64,000 nucleotides of DNA from Escherichia coli (GCF_011045215.1 NZ_CP049201.1); one strand, 5' to 3'. Numbered from the stretch's first letter, positions 28,439-42,557 are shown. The notes: generated by a model from the letters alone, not told the origin. A program made the numbers and translations.

Positions 28439-29644
28439 TCACGGTTCAAGTGGATTACCGTCACCAGCCAATATTGAATCAATAGCGTCGGCGTAATCCT
28501 GCATCATTGCTCGCCGTTGCTTCAGGTAGGCCGCCTGGTTATAAACGCCGCGCACACCTTTCGGGACGTGGGCCAATTGGATTTCGATCCAGTCTGGTGA
28601 GTATCTGCCAGACTCATTAAGCGCCGTTGAAAAGGTGGTCCGCCAGCCATGACCAGTGGCAATGGATTTATAGCCGATCCTCTCAAGCGCCTTCAGTATC
28701 GCGCTGGCTGAAAGTGGCTTATCCATGAATCGACCAGGGAAGACGAAAGCACTGTATCCGCTCCTTGTAAACTGGTCCTGTAATAGCTCCACCGCCTGCC
28801 GTGATAGCGGGACCACATGCGGGCGGCGGGCCTTCATGACTTCAGCGGGCAATGTGATTGTTGCGTCCTCCAGGTTTATCCATTCCCAACGGCACAAACG
28901 CAGTTCTGCGGTCCTTAATGCCGTTAATATAAGCAAACGTATTGCCGTCTGAATCTGGACGCTCCCGGCCCTCTCAAGGGCTTTGTAGAAGGCCGGAATT
29001 TCACTAATCGGTATCCACGCGTTGTGACCAGGTCGGCGGGCCTTCAGTGCCGTATCAAGATCTGCAACCGGATTCCTCGTTACCAGTTCGGTGATAACGG
29101 CAAACTTGAAGATCTCACCGATGCGCTGGCGTAGCTTGCGGGCCTGCTCCGGTGCGGTACGTTCTTTCTTCTGGAGTAATGCCAGCACGTCACGGGCGGT
29201 TATATCGACAATCGACCGCTTGCCAAGTACCGGATAGACGTCTTTTTCTAGGGCCGATCTGACCTGTTTTGCATAGGATTCCGACCACCCTCCAACCCTA
29301 GTAGCAAACCAGTCTTCCGCCACCTTCTTAAATCCTGCCGCCATGTTGAGCGCATCAATGGCTTTTTCCTTGCGGGCTTGTTCCACTGGGTTAATTCCAT
29401 TGGCAATAAGGGATCTGCTCTCCGTGGCGCGCCTGCGTGCTTCTTTGAGTGTGATTAGCGGGTAAACACCAATAGCCTGCAAAAACTCTCGTTTATTCAA
29501 CCAATACCTGAATCGCCAGTATTTCGAACCGTTGGGATGCACCAGCAAAAACAGCCCCGGCGTCAGTGAATCGGTGAGTTTATAGGGCTTGTCCTGCGGC
29601 TGTGCGGCGTCTATGGCCTTTGCTGTGAGTGGTGTCTTGCTCAA
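28439..29644 (-). CDS. intZ: Tyrosine-type site-specific integrase (prophage integrase)
   Basis: 401-aa ORF with phage integrase features (N-terminal arm-binding domain, C-terminal catalytic region with ...HGWRTT...); sits at the element end beside eutB as intZ does in E. coli K-12; start appears to be TTG. Confidence 0.8.
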   Translation of the reverse strand: MSKTPLTAKAIDAAQPQDKPYKLTDSLTPGLFLLVHPNGSKYWRFRYWLNKREFLQAIGVYPLITLKEARRRATESRSLIANGINPVEQARKEKAIDALNMAAGFKKVAEDWFATRVGGWSESYAKQVRSALEKDVYPVLGKRSIVDITARDVLALLQKKERTAPEQARKLRQRIGEIFKFAVITELVTRNPVADLDTALKARRPGHNAWIPISEIPAFYKALERAGSVQIQTAIRLLILTALRTAELRLCRWEWINLEDATITLPAEVMKARRPHVVPLSRQAVELLQDQFTRSGYSAFVFPGRFMDKPLSASAILKALERIGYKSIATGHGWRTTFSTALNESGRYSPDWIEIQLAHVPKGVRGVYNQAAYLKQRRAMMQDYADAIDSILAGDGNPLEP

Positions 29645-29832
29645 AACCGGATACCTTGATTTAACGACTGGATAACCCCGATCATGTATCCGGCGCGTTC
29701 GGTTGCGTTCGGCAGGATAAGTAACGGGCGTATTAAGTGGAACACCTTACAGGACAAGGGCTAACGATGAAATAGAATTGTTTGCAGGCTGTGAGAAATG
29801 TTAATCGTCACTTCTTCCTGAGGGAACGACTT

Positions 29833-31194
29833 ATGAAACTAAAGACCACATTGTTCGGCAATGTATATCAGTTTAAGGATGTAAAAGAGGTGCTGGCTAA
29901 AGCCAACGAACTGCGTTCGGGGGATGTGCTGGCGGGCGTCGCAGCGGCAAGCTCACAGGAGCGCGTGGCGGCAAAGCAGGTGTTGTCGGAAATGACCGTA
30001 GCGGACATCCGCAATAATCCGGTGATTGCCTATGAAGATGACTGCGTGACGCGGCTGATTCAGGACGATGTTAACGAAACGGCCTACAACCAGATTAAAA
30101 ACTGGAGCATCAGCGAACTGCGTGAGTATGTGCTGAGCGATGAAACCAGCGTGGACGACATTGCCTTTACCCGCAAAGGGCTGACCTCGGAAGTGGTCGC
30201 GGCGGTAGCGAAGATTTGCTCCAACGCGGACCTGATCTACGGCGCGAAGAAAATGCCGGTAATCAAAAAGGCCAATACCACCATCGGTATTCCGGGCACC
30301 TTCAGCGCCCGTTTGCAGCCAAATGACACTCGTGACGACGTGCAAAGTATCGCCGCGCAAATCTACGAAGGGCTTTCCTTCGGGGTGGGCGATGCGGTGA
30401 TCGGCGTTAACCCGGTGACTGACGACGTGGAAAACTTAAGCCGCGTGCTGGATACCATTTATGGCGTGATCGACAAATTCAACATCCCAACTCAGGGCTG
30501 CGTACTGGCGCACGTCACCACTCAGATCGAAGCGATTCGTCGTGGCGCACCAGGCGGGCTGATTTTCCAGAGTATCTGTGGCAGTGAAAAAGGGCTGAAA
30601 GAGTTTGGCGTGGAACTTGCGATGCTCGACGAAGCGCGCGCAGTGGGTGCAGAGTTCAACCGTATCGCCGGGGAAAACTGCCTCTACTTCGAAACCGGAC
30701 AAGGTTCAGCGCTATCCGCTGGCGCTAACTTCGGCGCAGACCAGGTGACGATGGAAGCACGTAACTATGGGCTGGCGCGTCATTACGATCCGTTTATCGT
30801 CAACACCGTGGTCGGCTTTATTGGGCCGGAGTATCTCTACAACGACCGCCAGATTATCCGTGCGGGCTTAGAAGATCACTTTATGGGCAAGCTGAGCGGC
30901 ATCTCTATGGGCTGTGACTGCTGTTACACCAACCACGCTGACGCTGACCAGAACCTCAACGAAAACCTGATGATCCTGCTCGCCACCGCAGGCTGCAACT
31001 ACATCATGGGGATGCCGTTGGGCGATGACATCATGCTCAACTACCAGACCACGGCCTTCCACGACACTGCCACTGTGCGTCAGTTACTCAACCTGCGCCC
31101 GTCACCGGAGTTTGAACGCTGGCTGGAAAGCATGGGCATTATGGCAAACGGTCGCTTGACCAAACGGGCGGGCGATCCGTCACTGTTCTTCTGA
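29833..31194 (+). CDS. eutB: Ethanolamine ammonia-lyase large subunit
   Basis: 453-aa product from ATG at 29833 (MKLKTTLFGNVYQFKDVKEV...); EutB family. Confidence 0.9.
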   Translation: MKLKTTLFGNVYQFKDVKEVLAKANELRSGDVLAGVAAASSQERVAAKQVLSEMTVADIRNNPVIAYEDDCVTRLIQDDVNETAYNQIKNWSISELREYVLSDETSVDDIAFTRKGLTSEVVAAVAKICSNADLIYGAKKMPVIKKANTTIGIPGTFSARLQPNDTRDDVQSIAAQIYEGLSFGVGDAVIGVNPVTDDVENLSRVLDTIYGVIDKFNIPTQGCVLAHVTTQIEAIRRGAPGGLIFQSICGSEKGLKEFGVELAMLDEARAVGAEFNRIAGENCLYFETGQGSALSAGANFGADQVTMEARNYGLARHYDPFIVNTVVGFIGPEYLYNDRQIIRAGLEDHFMGKLSGISMGCDCCYTNHADADQNLNENLMILLATAGCNYIMGMPLGDDIMLNYQTTAFHDTATVRQLLNLRPSPEFERWLESMGIMANGRLTKRAGDPSLFF

Positions 31195-31214
31195 TGACGC
31201 GGAGATAACACATC

Positions 31215-32102
31215 ATGGATCAAAAACAGATTGAAGAAATTGTACGCAGCGTGATGGCGTCAATGGGACAAACGGCCACCGCGCCGTCAGAAGCAAAGTG
31301 CACCACCACCACCTGTGCGGCACCGGTGACCTCGGAAAGCTGCGCGCTGGATTTAGGTTCTGCGGAAGCAAAAGCGTGGATTGGTGTTGAAAACCCACAT
31401 CGTGCGGATGTGTTAACAGAACTGCGTCGCAGCACCGTGGCCCGCGTTTGTACCGGTCGTGCCGGTCCGCGTCCGCGTACCCAGGCGTTGCTGCGTTTCC
31501 TGGCCGATCACTCTCGTTCGAAAGATACCGTACTTAAAGAAGTGCCGGAAGAGTGGGTGAAAGCGCAGGGCTTGCTGGAAGTACGCTCTGAAATTAGCGA
31601 CAAAAATCTCTACCTGACTCGCCCGGATATGGGCCGCCGCCTGTGTGCAGAAGCTGTTGAAGCGCTGAAAGCACAGTGTGTTGCTAATCCGGACGTACAG
31701 GTCGTTATTTCTGATGGCCTGTCAACTGATGCCATCACTGTGAACTACGAAGAGATCCTGCCGCCGCTGATGGCGGGCCTGAAACAGGCCGGGCTGAAAG
31801 TCGGCACGCCATTCTTTGTTCGTTATGGTCGCGTGAAGATTGAAGATCAGATCGGTGAGATCCTCGGCGCGAAAGTGGTGATCCTGCTGGTGGGGGAACG
31901 TCCGGGGTTAGGGCAGTCAGAAAGCCTCTCCTGCTACGCCGTTTACTCGCCGCGTATGGCGACCACCGTTGAGGCCGATCGCACCTGTATCTCTAACATT
32001 CACCAGGGCGGCACGCCGCCGGTTGAAGCCGCAGCCGTCATTGTGGATTTGGCGAAACGTATGCTGGAGCAGAAAGCATCCGGCATCAACATGACCCGAT
32101 AA
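31215..32102 (+). CDS. eutC: Ethanolamine ammonia-lyase small subunit
   Basis: 295-aa ORF immediately downstream of eutB. Confidence 0.9.
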   Translation: MDQKQIEEIVRSVMASMGQTATAPSEAKCTTTTCAAPVTSESCALDLGSAEAKAWIGVENPHRADVLTELRRSTVARVCTGRAGPRPRTQALLRFLADHSRSKDTVLKEVPEEWVKAQGLLEVRSEISDKNLYLTRPDMGRRLCAEAVEALKAQCVANPDVQVVISDGLSTDAITVNYEEILPPLMAGLKQAGLKVGTPFFVRYGRVKIEDQIGEILGAKVVILLVGERPGLGQSESLSCYAVYSPRMATTVEADRTCISNIHQGGTPPVEAAAVIVDLAKRMLEQKASGINMTR

Positions 32103-32111
32103 GGAGGCATC

Positions 32112-32771
32112 ATGCCAGCTTTAGATTTGATTCGACCGTCTGTCACCGCTATGCGGGTGATTGCCTCCGTTAACGCCGATTTTGCGCGTGAACTGAAATT
32201 GCCGCCGCATATTCGTAGCCTCGGTCTGATTTCTGCCGACTCCGATGACGTCACCTACATTGCCGCTGATGAAGCGACCAAGCAGGCGATGGTGGAAGTG
32301 GTGTATGGCCGCTCGCTGTATGCGGGCGCTGCACACGGCCCGTCACCGACTGCCGGTGAAGTGCTGATTATGCTTGGTGGGCCAAACCCGGCGGAAGTGC
32401 GTGCAGGTCTGGATGCGATGGTTGCGCATATTGAAAATGGCGCAGCTTTCCAGTGGGCTAATGACGCGCAAGATACGGCATTCCTGGCACATGTAGTTTC
32501 GCGTACCGGTTCTTATCTCTCATCAACCGCCGGGATCACGCTTGGCGATCCGATGGCGTATCTGGTGGCACCGCCGCTGGAAGCGACCTATGGCATTGAT
32601 GCAGCCCTGAAGTCTGCCGACGTACAGCTGGTGACCTATGTCCCGCCACCGTCTGAAACCAACTACTCGGCAGCATTTTTAACCGGTAGCCAGGCAGCGT
32701 GTAAAGCAGCCTGTAACGCCTTTACCGATGCAGTGCTGGAAATCGCGCGTAATCCAATCCAGCGTGCGTAA
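32112..32771 (+). CDS. eutL: BMC shell protein EutL (tandem BMC domain)
   Basis: 219-aa ORF; eut operon synteny. Confidence 0.9.
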   Translation: MPALDLIRPSVTAMRVIASVNADFARELKLPPHIRSLGLISADSDDVTYIAADEATKQAMVEVVYGRSLYAGAAHGPSPTAGEVLIMLGGPNPAEVRAGLDAMVAHIENGAAFQWANDAQDTAFLAHVVSRTGSYLSSTAGITLGDPMAYLVAPPLEATYGIDAALKSADVQLVTYVPPPSETNYSAAFLTGSQAACKAACNAFTDAVLEIARNPIQRA

Positions 32772-32783
32772 CGGAGGTTGCCG

Positions 32784-33284
32784 ATGATCAATGCACTGGG
32801 ATTGCTGGAAGTGGACGGCATGGTCGCTGCGATAGATGCAGCGGATGCCATGCTCAAAGCAGCTAACGTTCGTCTGCTCAGTCACGAAGTGCTTGACCCT
32901 GGTCGCTTAACGCTGGTGGTGGAAGGCGATCTGGCGGCGTGTCGTGCGGCGCTGGACGCAGGTTGTGCTGCCGCGATGCGTACCGGGCGTGTCATCAGCC
33001 GTAAGGAGATCGGTCGGCCAGACGATGACACCCAGTGGCTGGTTACTGGCTTTAACCGCCAGCCGAAGCAACCCGTAAAGGAACCCGACGCGCCAGTTAT
33101 CGTCGCGGAATCTGCTGACGAGTTGTTGGCGCTGTTAACATCAGTACGTCAGGGAATGACGGCAGGAGAAGTGGCTGCCCACTTTGGCTGGCCGCTGGAA
33201 AAAGCCAGAAATGTGCTCGAACAGCTCTTTTCTGCCGGGACGTTACGTAAACGCAGTAGTCGTTATCGTCTCAAGCCCCATTAA
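32784..33284 (+). CDS. eutK: BMC shell protein EutK
   Basis: 166-aa product from ATG at 32784 (MINALGLLEVDGMVAA...); BMC domain plus C-terminal extension. Confidence 0.85.
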   Translation: MINALGLLEVDGMVAAIDAADAMLKAANVRLLSHEVLDPGRLTLVVEGDLAACRAALDAGCAAAMRTGRVISRKEIGRPDDDTQWLVTGFNRQPKQPVKEPDAPVIVAESADELLALLTSVRQGMTAGEVAAHFGWPLEKARNVLEQLFSAGTLRKRSSRYRLKPH

Positions 33285-33329
33285 CCTGTCGGAGGTGCCG
33301 GGTGTCCTACAACACCCGGCATTAACATC

Positions 33330-34382
33330 ATGAAAAAGACCCGTACAGCCAATTTGCACCATCTTTATCATGAACCCTTACCCGAAAACCTGAAGCTCAC
33401 GCCGAAGGTCGAAGTGGATAATGTTCATCAACGACAGACAACGGATGTCTATGAACATGCTTTGACGATTACCGCCTGGCAGCAGATTTACGATCAGCTG
33501 CATCCGGGCAAGTTTCATGGTGAATTTACGGAAATTCTACTCGATGATATTCAGGTTTTTCGTGAATACACCGGTCTGGCGCTGCGTCAGTCGTGTCTGG
33601 TCTGGCCGAACTCGTTCTGGTTTGGCATTCCGGCGACGCGCGGTGAGCAGGGATTTATCGGTTCGCAATGTCTGGGAAGCGCAGAAATAGCGACGCGCCC
33701 TGGTGGAACCGAGTTTGAATTAAGTACGCCGGACGATTACACGATCCTGGGCGTAGTGCTTTCTGAAGATGTCATCACCCGTCAGGCTAACTTTTTGCAT
33801 AATCCGGATCGGGTATTACATATGTTGCGTAGCCAGTCGGCGCTGGAAGTGAAAGAGCAGCATAAAGCCGCGCTGTGGGGCTTTGTCCAACAGGCGCTGG
33901 CGACGTTTTGCGAGAACCCGGAAAATCTTCATCAGCCTGCAGTGCGAAAAGTGCTGGGGGATAATTTGCTAATGGCGATGGGGGCGATGCTGGAAGAAGC
34001 GCAACCAATGGTGACGGCGGAAAGCATCAGTCATCAGAGTTACCGTAGATTACTTTCCCGCGCCCGTGAATATGTGCTGGAAAACATGTCCGAACCGGTG
34101 ACGGTGCTGGATTTGTGTAATCAACTGCATGTCAGCCGCCGCACGCTACAAAACGCGTTTCACGCTATTTTAGGCATTGGCCCAAACGCGTGGCTGAAAC
34201 GCATTCACCTGAACGCCGTACGCCGCGAACTGATAAGCCCGTGGTCGCAAAGCACAACGGTAAAAGACGCCGCCATGCAGTGGGGATTCTGGCATCTGGG
34301 GCAATTTGCCACGGATTACCAGCAGCTGTTTGCCGAGAAGCCGTCGTTGACGTTGCATCAGCGGATGCGGGAATGGGGGTGA
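33330..34382 (+). CDS. eutR: AraC-family transcriptional activator of the eut operon
   Basis: 350-aa ORF with C-terminal AraC-type HTH; last gene of eut cluster. Confidence 0.85.
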   Translation: MKKTRTANLHHLYHEPLPENLKLTPKVEVDNVHQRQTTDVYEHALTITAWQQIYDQLHPGKFHGEFTEILLDDIQVFREYTGLALRQSCLVWPNSFWFGIPATRGEQGFIGSQCLGSAEIATRPGGTEFELSTPDDYTILGVVLSEDVITRQANFLHNPDRVLHMLRSQSALEVKEQHKAALWGFVQQALATFCENPENLHQPAVRKVLGDNLLMAMGAMLEEAQPMVTAESISHQSYRRLLSRAREYVLENMSEPVTVLDLCNQLHVSRRTLQNAFHAILGIGPNAWLKRIHLNAVRRELISPWSQSTTVKDAAMQWGFWHLGQFATDYQQLFAEKPSLTLHQRMREWG

Positions 34383-34387
34383 GGGAG

Positions 34388-35290
<903 letters not shown>

Positions 35291-36160
35291 TTATCGCTTT
35301 TTCGAATGTGCTTTCTGGTTGTCGAACCAGTGGAAATAACTGATCACGCCTTCAGCAATCGCTGTGGCGATTTTCTGACGAAACGCCGCCGTGCCTAACA
35401 GTCGCTCTTCTTCCGGGTTGGTGATAAACGAGGTTTCCACCAGCACCGAAGGAACCGACGGCGATTTCAACACCACAAACGCGGCTTGTTCGGTGTTGCG
35501 GCTGTGCAGTTTATGCACCGGCTTAATCTTTTTCAGAATATGCGAGCCGAGCGTCAGGCTGTTTTTAATAGTATCGGTTTGCACCAGATCAAACAGCACT
35601 TGCTGCAATAGATGATCCTTGTCAGTCGCCTTTTTACCGGCAACTTCATCGGCGCGGTTTTCGCGTTCAGACAGGTATTTCGCCATTGCGCTACTTGCCC
35701 CACGGTTAGAGAGGGCAAATACCGAAGCACCGGCAGCTTTCGGGTTGGTAAAGCCATCGGCATGAATTGACATAAACAGATCTGCGCCATGTTTATGGGC
35801 GATTTCAACGCGATCGTAAAGTGGGATAAACGTATCGCCAGAACGCGTTAAACGCGCATCAATCCCATGATTACGCAAAATGGAACGGACGTTTTTAGCA
35901 ATCGCCAGCACCACATGTTTTTCTTTCGAACCGTTGCGCCCGATCGCTCCAGTATCAATCCCGCCGTGGCCTGGATCGAGAACAACGACACGTTTGCCGC
36001 CAGATTTTTTAGCTTTCGGCTTGCTGTGTCCGTTGCTGGTTTTTAAAGGTTCGTCTTTGGCGATGGCTTGCGACATTCCTGACAACGTCAGGGCAGCCAA
36101 ACCGGCTTTCAGCACCTGGCGGCGCGAAGTGAGTGTTTTTAGTGGTTTAAAAGTGCTCAT
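35291..36160 (-). CDS. amiA: N-acetylmuramoyl-L-alanine amidase AmiA
   Basis: 289-aa ORF with Tat-type signal (SRRQVLKAGLAAL) and amidase_3 domain; upstream of hemF on same strand. Confidence 0.9.
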   Translation of the reverse strand: MSTFKPLKTLTSRRQVLKAGLAALTLSGMSQAIAKDEPLKTSNGHSKPKAKKSGGKRVVVLDPGHGGIDTGAIGRNGSKEKHVVLAIAKNVRSILRNHGIDARLTRSGDTFIPLYDRVEIAHKHGADLFMSIHADGFTNPKAAGASVFALSNRGASSAMAKYLSERENRADEVAGKKATDKDHLLQQVLFDLVQTDTIKNSLTLGSHILKKIKPVHKLHSRNTEQAAFVVLKSPSVPSVLVETSFITNPEEERLLGTAAFRQKIATAIAEGVISYFHWFDNQKAHSKKR

Positions 36161-36373
36161 ACGGCCTGAGTTGTAATAATAAAGTTCCAGATGTTATATC
36201 GTATCGCGTAATCCGTTACGACCGTTTGCTGTTGAGAATTGTTTTACTTTTCATTTCAATAGTTGACAACTCCCCATTATGCCACTTTTTCAACCGATTT
36301 TCGTCAGATATTGGCTAATTCGACCGTTCACGCCATAATCAGCCTTTTAACCCGCAAAAAGGTAACGAATACC

Positions 36374-36799
36374 ATGGAGATACGCGTATTTCGCCAGGAA
36401 GATTTCGAAGAGGTCATCACCCTTTGGGAGCGTTGCGACTTGCTGCGTCCGTGGAACGATCCGGAAATGGACATCGAGCGTAAGATGAACCATGACGTCA
36501 GTTTGTTTCTGGTCGCTGAGGTAAACGGTGAAGTGGTCGGAACGGTGATGGGCGGTTATGACGGGCATCGCGGGTCTGCTTATTATCTTGGCGTGCATCC
36601 AGAGTTTCGTGGGCGTGGGATTGCCAATGCGTTGCTTAATCGGCTGGAGAAAAAGCTGATTGCTCGTGGCTGCCCGAAAATTCAGATCAATGTGCCGGAA
36701 GATAACGACATGGTGCTCGGAATGTATGAACGCCTGGGATATGAACACGCCGACGTGCTGAGTCTGGGTAAGCGTTTGATTGAAGATGAAGAGTACTGA
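36374..36799 (+). CDS. ypeA: GNAT-family acetyltransferase
   Basis: 141-aa product from ATG at 36374 ([14 protein letters not shown]...); GNAT motif [10 protein letters not shown]. Confidence 0.8.
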
Positions 36800-37235
36800 G
36801 TTCCATCCTGTCCATTATGATGCGCACGGACGCCTGCGTTTACCCTTGCTCTTCTGGCTTGTGCTATTGCTTCAGGCGCGAACCTGGGTGCTGTTTGTCA
36901 TTGCCGGTGCGTCGCGTGAGCAGGGTACTGCGCTGCTAAATCTGTTTTATCCCGATCACGATAATTTCTGGCTGGGGCTGATTCCTGGCATTCCGGCGGT
37001 GCTGGCGTTTTTGTTGAGCGGTCGGCGGGCTACGTTTCCTCGCACCTGGCGTGTACTCTATTTTCTGTTGCTGTTGGCGCAGGTGGTTTTACTTTGCTGG
37101 CAACCGTGGCTGTGGCTGAACGGTGAATCCGTTAGCGGTATCGGTCTGGCGCTGGTAGTGGCGGATATTGTGGCGTTAATCTGGCTGCTGACCAATCGAC
37201 GTTTACGCGCTTGTTTTAATGAAGTAAAAGAATAA
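36786..37235 (+). CDS. yfeZ: Inner membrane protein YfeZ
   Basis: 149-aa hydrophobic ORF from ATG at 36786 overlapping ypeA stop; synteny. Confidence 0.7.
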
Positions 37236-37295
37236 CGGCACTTTTTGGTGAATTTGCACTCCAAGCAACGTTATTGAATAACCAAAGGAAGTGAG

Positions 37296-37871
37296 ATGAA
37301 ATCGCTGCGTTTAATGTTATGCGCTATGCCATTGATGCTGACCGGCTGTTCCACGATGTCGTCAGTTAACTGGTCTGCCGCTAACCCGTGGAACTGGTTT
37401 GGGTCGTCCACCAAAGTGAGCGAGCAGGGCGTTGGTGAATTAACGGCGTCCACACCACTGCAAGAACAAGCCATTGCCGATGCGCTTGATGGCGATTATC
37501 GCCTGCGCAGCGGAATGAAAACCGCGAACGGCAACGTGGTGCGCTTTTTTGAAGTGATGAAGGGCGACAACGTGGCGATGGTGATTAACGGCGATCAAGG
37601 CACGATTAGTCGCATTGACGTGCTGGATAGCGATATTCCTGCTGACACCGGTGTTAAAATCGGTACACCGTTTAGCGACCTTTACAGCAAAGCATTTGGC
37701 AATTGCCAAAAAGCTGATGGTGATGATAATCGTGCCGTCGAATGTAAAGCCGAAGGCAGTCAACATATTAGCTACCAGTTCAGCGGGGAATGGCGTGGTC
37801 CTGAAGGGTTAATGCCTTCGGACGATACCCTGAAAAACTGGAAAGTCAGTAAAATTATCTGGCGGCGTTAA
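37296..37871 (+). CDS. yfeY: Lipoprotein YfeY
   Basis: 191-aa ORF with lipoprotein signal (LMLTGCSTMS); synteny. Confidence 0.75.
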   Translation: MKSLRLMLCAMPLMLTGCSTMSSVNWSAANPWNWFGSSTKVSEQGVGELTASTPLQEQAIADALDGDYRLRSGMKTANGNVVRFFEVMKGDNVAMVINGDQGTISRIDVLDSDIPADTGVKIGTPFSDLYSKAFGNCQKADGDDNRAVECKAEGSQHISYQFSGEWRGPEGLMPSDDTLKNWKVSKIIWRR

Positions 37872-37882
37872 TTTGCGTCTGA

Positions 37883-38866
<984 letters not shown>

Positions 38867-38889
38867 GCGTTTCTGATTCATTGATTAAA

Positions 38890-38917
38890 GGCCAGGCAGT
38901 AACATTACTGACTGGCC
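38890..38917. terminator. Bidirectional intrinsic terminator between convergent yfeX and yfeW
   Basis: GGCCAG-loop-CTGGCC hairpin flanked by AAA on one side and TTTTT on the other. Confidence 0.5.
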
Positions 38918-38923
38918 TTTTTA

Positions 38924-40228
38924 TTACTTTTGCTTTAACGCCGCATACACCTGATCAACTACCCAACCATACGTTGCAATCGGCAGCTGACCGCTTTCGA
39001 ACATATTGGGATTCTTTTGCGGATCGGCAACCGGCGAATGTGGCTTGTTGCTTAACATCACAATCGCCATATGATTCACCGGATCGATAACGGTCACCGT
39101 TCCGGTCCAGCCAGTGTGACCGTAGGTTTGCGGGCTTGCCAGCGTGCCAAACGTCGGCGTCATGGTGGCATTACCATTCACGCGCCAGCCGAGGCCAAAA
39201 GTGGCATCTTCCTTAGAGCTGGTGGTGAACATCTTCACCGTTTCCGCACTGAACAGCTGCACATCGCCATAGCCCCCGCCGTTCAGCATCGTTTGCATTA
39301 ACACCGCAATATCGCCGGTATTGGAAAACAAACCTGCGTGCCCGGAAACGCCGCCCATCGAATAAAAGGCTTTTTCATCGTGCACCTGACCCCAGAGAGT
39401 GGAGGTGCGGATATTCGGGAAGTGGATCACGCCATCGCGGGTATTGCCGTTCAATTCCGTGGCGGCAATTTGCTGCGGTTTAAAGCCTTTCAGCAGCGGG
39501 TTAAATACCGTATGTGTCAGGCCGAGCGGGCGATAAATCGACTCTTCAACATAGCGGTCAAGCGGCTGACCGGTGACCGACTCGACGATAAATCCAAGCA
39601 GCATATAATCGACATCACTGTAAATATGCTTGCTGCCGGGCTGATACTCCAGCGGCGTGCGCTTGATCATCTCCAGCGTCTGGCCTTTATCCTGGGAATA
39701 TAACGCGCCCGCGACCGCTTTATTCGGATATTGTGGGTCCGCCGGGAAACCGCCGCTGTGATGCAGCAGGTCAGAAATCCGCAGCGTGTTTTTGCCTTTG
39801 ATGGTGTCATTTGGACTATCGGCAAATCCCGGAATATATTTCGCAATCCGATTGTCAGGATGCAGCTTACCTTCGCTCATCAGCTTTTGCAGAGCAAAGT
39901 TAGTGGCGTACATCTTGGTATTGGAAGCCAGGTCATACAGCGTCCCGGTGGTGGCTTTGACAGGCTGTTCCATCAATACGCTGCCATCGTACTTTTTCGC
40001 CGCTCCCCAGGCTTTGCGATACACAATCTGATTATCTTTTATAATCAGCAGGTTTACGCCGGGATAACCGGCGTCCACTTGCTGGCTAATCCAGCGATCC
40101 ATCTGGTTAAGCCGTTCGACGTTGAACCCTGCTTTCTCTGGCGAACTTTCTGTCAGAACAGGGTATTTTGCGGCGCTGACGCTACAACTAACAGCCAGCA
40201 GAGAAAGATAGAGCATTGTCCGTTTCAT
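38924..40228 (-). CDS. yfeW: Penicillin-binding protein 4B-like serine beta-lactamase-fold protein
   Basis: 434-aa product from ATG at 40228 (MKRTMLYLSLLAVSCSVSA signal); beta-lactamase/PBP fold. Confidence 0.8.
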   Translation of the reverse strand: MKRTMLYLSLLAVSCSVSAAKYPVLTESSPEKAGFNVERLNQMDRWISQQVDAGYPGVNLLIIKDNQIVYRKAWGAAKKYDGSVLMEQPVKATTGTLYDLASNTKMYATNFALQKLMSEGKLHPDNRIAKYIPGFADSPNDTIKGKNTLRISDLLHHSGGFPADPQYPNKAVAGALYSQDKGQTLEMIKRTPLEYQPGSKHIYSDVDYMLLGFIVESVTGQPLDRYVEESIYRPLGLTHTVFNPLLKGFKPQQIAATELNGNTRDGVIHFPNIRTSTLWGQVHDEKAFYSMGGVSGHAGLFSNTGDIAVLMQTMLNGGGYGDVQLFSAETVKMFTTSSKEDATFGLGWRVNGNATMTPTFGTLASPQTYGHTGWTGTVTVIDPVNHMAIVMLSNKPHSPVADPQKNPNMFESGQLPIATYGWVVDQVYAALKQK

Positions 40229-40232
40229 GATA

Positions 40233-41657
<1,425 letters not shown>

Positions 41658-41660
41658 GAG

Positions 41661-42557
41661 TTATTCCTTGTCTAAAACCTTGCGAATAAAGCCGCCGTGT
41701 TGATCCAGGCGTTTTTTAGCTTCTGCGGCATCGAGATTTTTCAGCACCATCACAATGGCCGTTTTACAGTTGCGCTCGCAGGCAATTAACGCCGCTTCCG
41801 CTTGCTCTGCGCTACATCCGGTAGCGTTTTTGACGATATTGACCTGGCGCACGTGCAGTTTTTCGTTGGTGGCGACCACATCGACCATCAGGTTGCCGAA
41901 CACTTTGCCGGATTTAATCATCAGCCCGGTGGAGAGCATATTGAGCACCAGTTTCTGCGCTGTGCCTGCTTTCATTCGCGAAGAACCAGTGACCACTTCG
42001 GCACCTACAATCGGTGTAATGGCAAACTCGGCGGTGGTTGAAACGGCACTCCCCGGATTACAGGAAATTCCCACTGTACGGCAGCCGAGCTGGCGTGCAT
42101 ATTCCAGTCCGGCAATTACATACGGCGTGCGACCACTGGCCGCAATACCAACCACCACATCCTGCGCGGTTAAGTCGATGTTTTTCAAATCATTAACACC
42201 GCCTTCCCGGCTATCTTCAGCGCCTTCCACCGCGTGCTGAATGGCATATTCGCCGCCAGCAATTAATCCAACTACCAGACCCGGTTTCACGCCGTAGGTG
42301 GGCGGACATTCGCTGGCATCCAGAATCCCCAGACGACCGGATGTTCCCGCACCGAGATAAATCAGACGACCGCCGCCGCTTACCTGGGCGTGGATAACAT
42401 CGATCGCCGCGGCGATATCCGGCAGTACGCGCTCAACGGCAAGCGGTACGGTTTTATCTTCATCGTTGATAATCCGGCACATTTCCAGCGTCGATACGCG
42501 GTCAATTTCAGCCGAGGCGGCGTTGGAGCCTTCAGTAATCATCTTTTCAAGTTGCAT
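41661..42557 (-). CDS. murQ: N-acetylmuramic acid 6-phosphate etherase
   Basis: 298-aa SIS-domain ORF; murQP operon synteny. Confidence 0.9.
   Translation of the reverse strand: MQLEKMITEGSNAASAEIDRVSTLEMCRIINDEDKTVPLAVERVLPDIAAAIDVIHAQVSGGGRLIYLGAGTSGRLGILDASECPPTYGVKPGLVVGLIAGGEYAIQHAVEGAEDSREGGVNDLKNIDLTAQDVVVGIAASGRTPYVIAGLEYARQLGCRTVGISCNPGSAVSTTAEFAITPIVGAEVVTGSSRMKAGTAQKLVLNMLSTGLMIKSGKVFGNLMVDVVATNEKLHVRQVNIVKNATGCSAEQAEAALIACERNCKTAIVMVLKNLDAAEAKKRLDQHGGFIRKVLDKE

Larger units (their letters stand above)
20080..29780. mobile_element. Integrase-bearing cryptic prophage / integrative island inserted between eutA and eutB (CPZ-55-like)
   Basis: About 9.7 kb of phage-type genes (tyrosine integrase, two AlpA-family HTH genes, HNH endonuclease, small hypothetical ORFs) interrupting the otherwise contiguous eut operon; genes almost all on the strand opposite to eut; exact ends not determined. 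Confidence 0.8.

Noticed and set aside
20080-29780. Searched the element for restriction-modification, CRISPR-Cas, retron (reverse transcriptase) or other large known defence genes
   Set aside because: No ORF with methyltransferase, Cas, reverse transcriptase or large ATPase/helicase features was seen; the largest element proteins are the integrase and two unknown proteins of 186 and 242 aa.
9756-34382. The eut microcompartment cluster as the undescribed system
   Set aside because: All 17 genes match the well-characterised E. coli/Salmonella eut operon in order and size; only its interruption and internal hairpins are notable.
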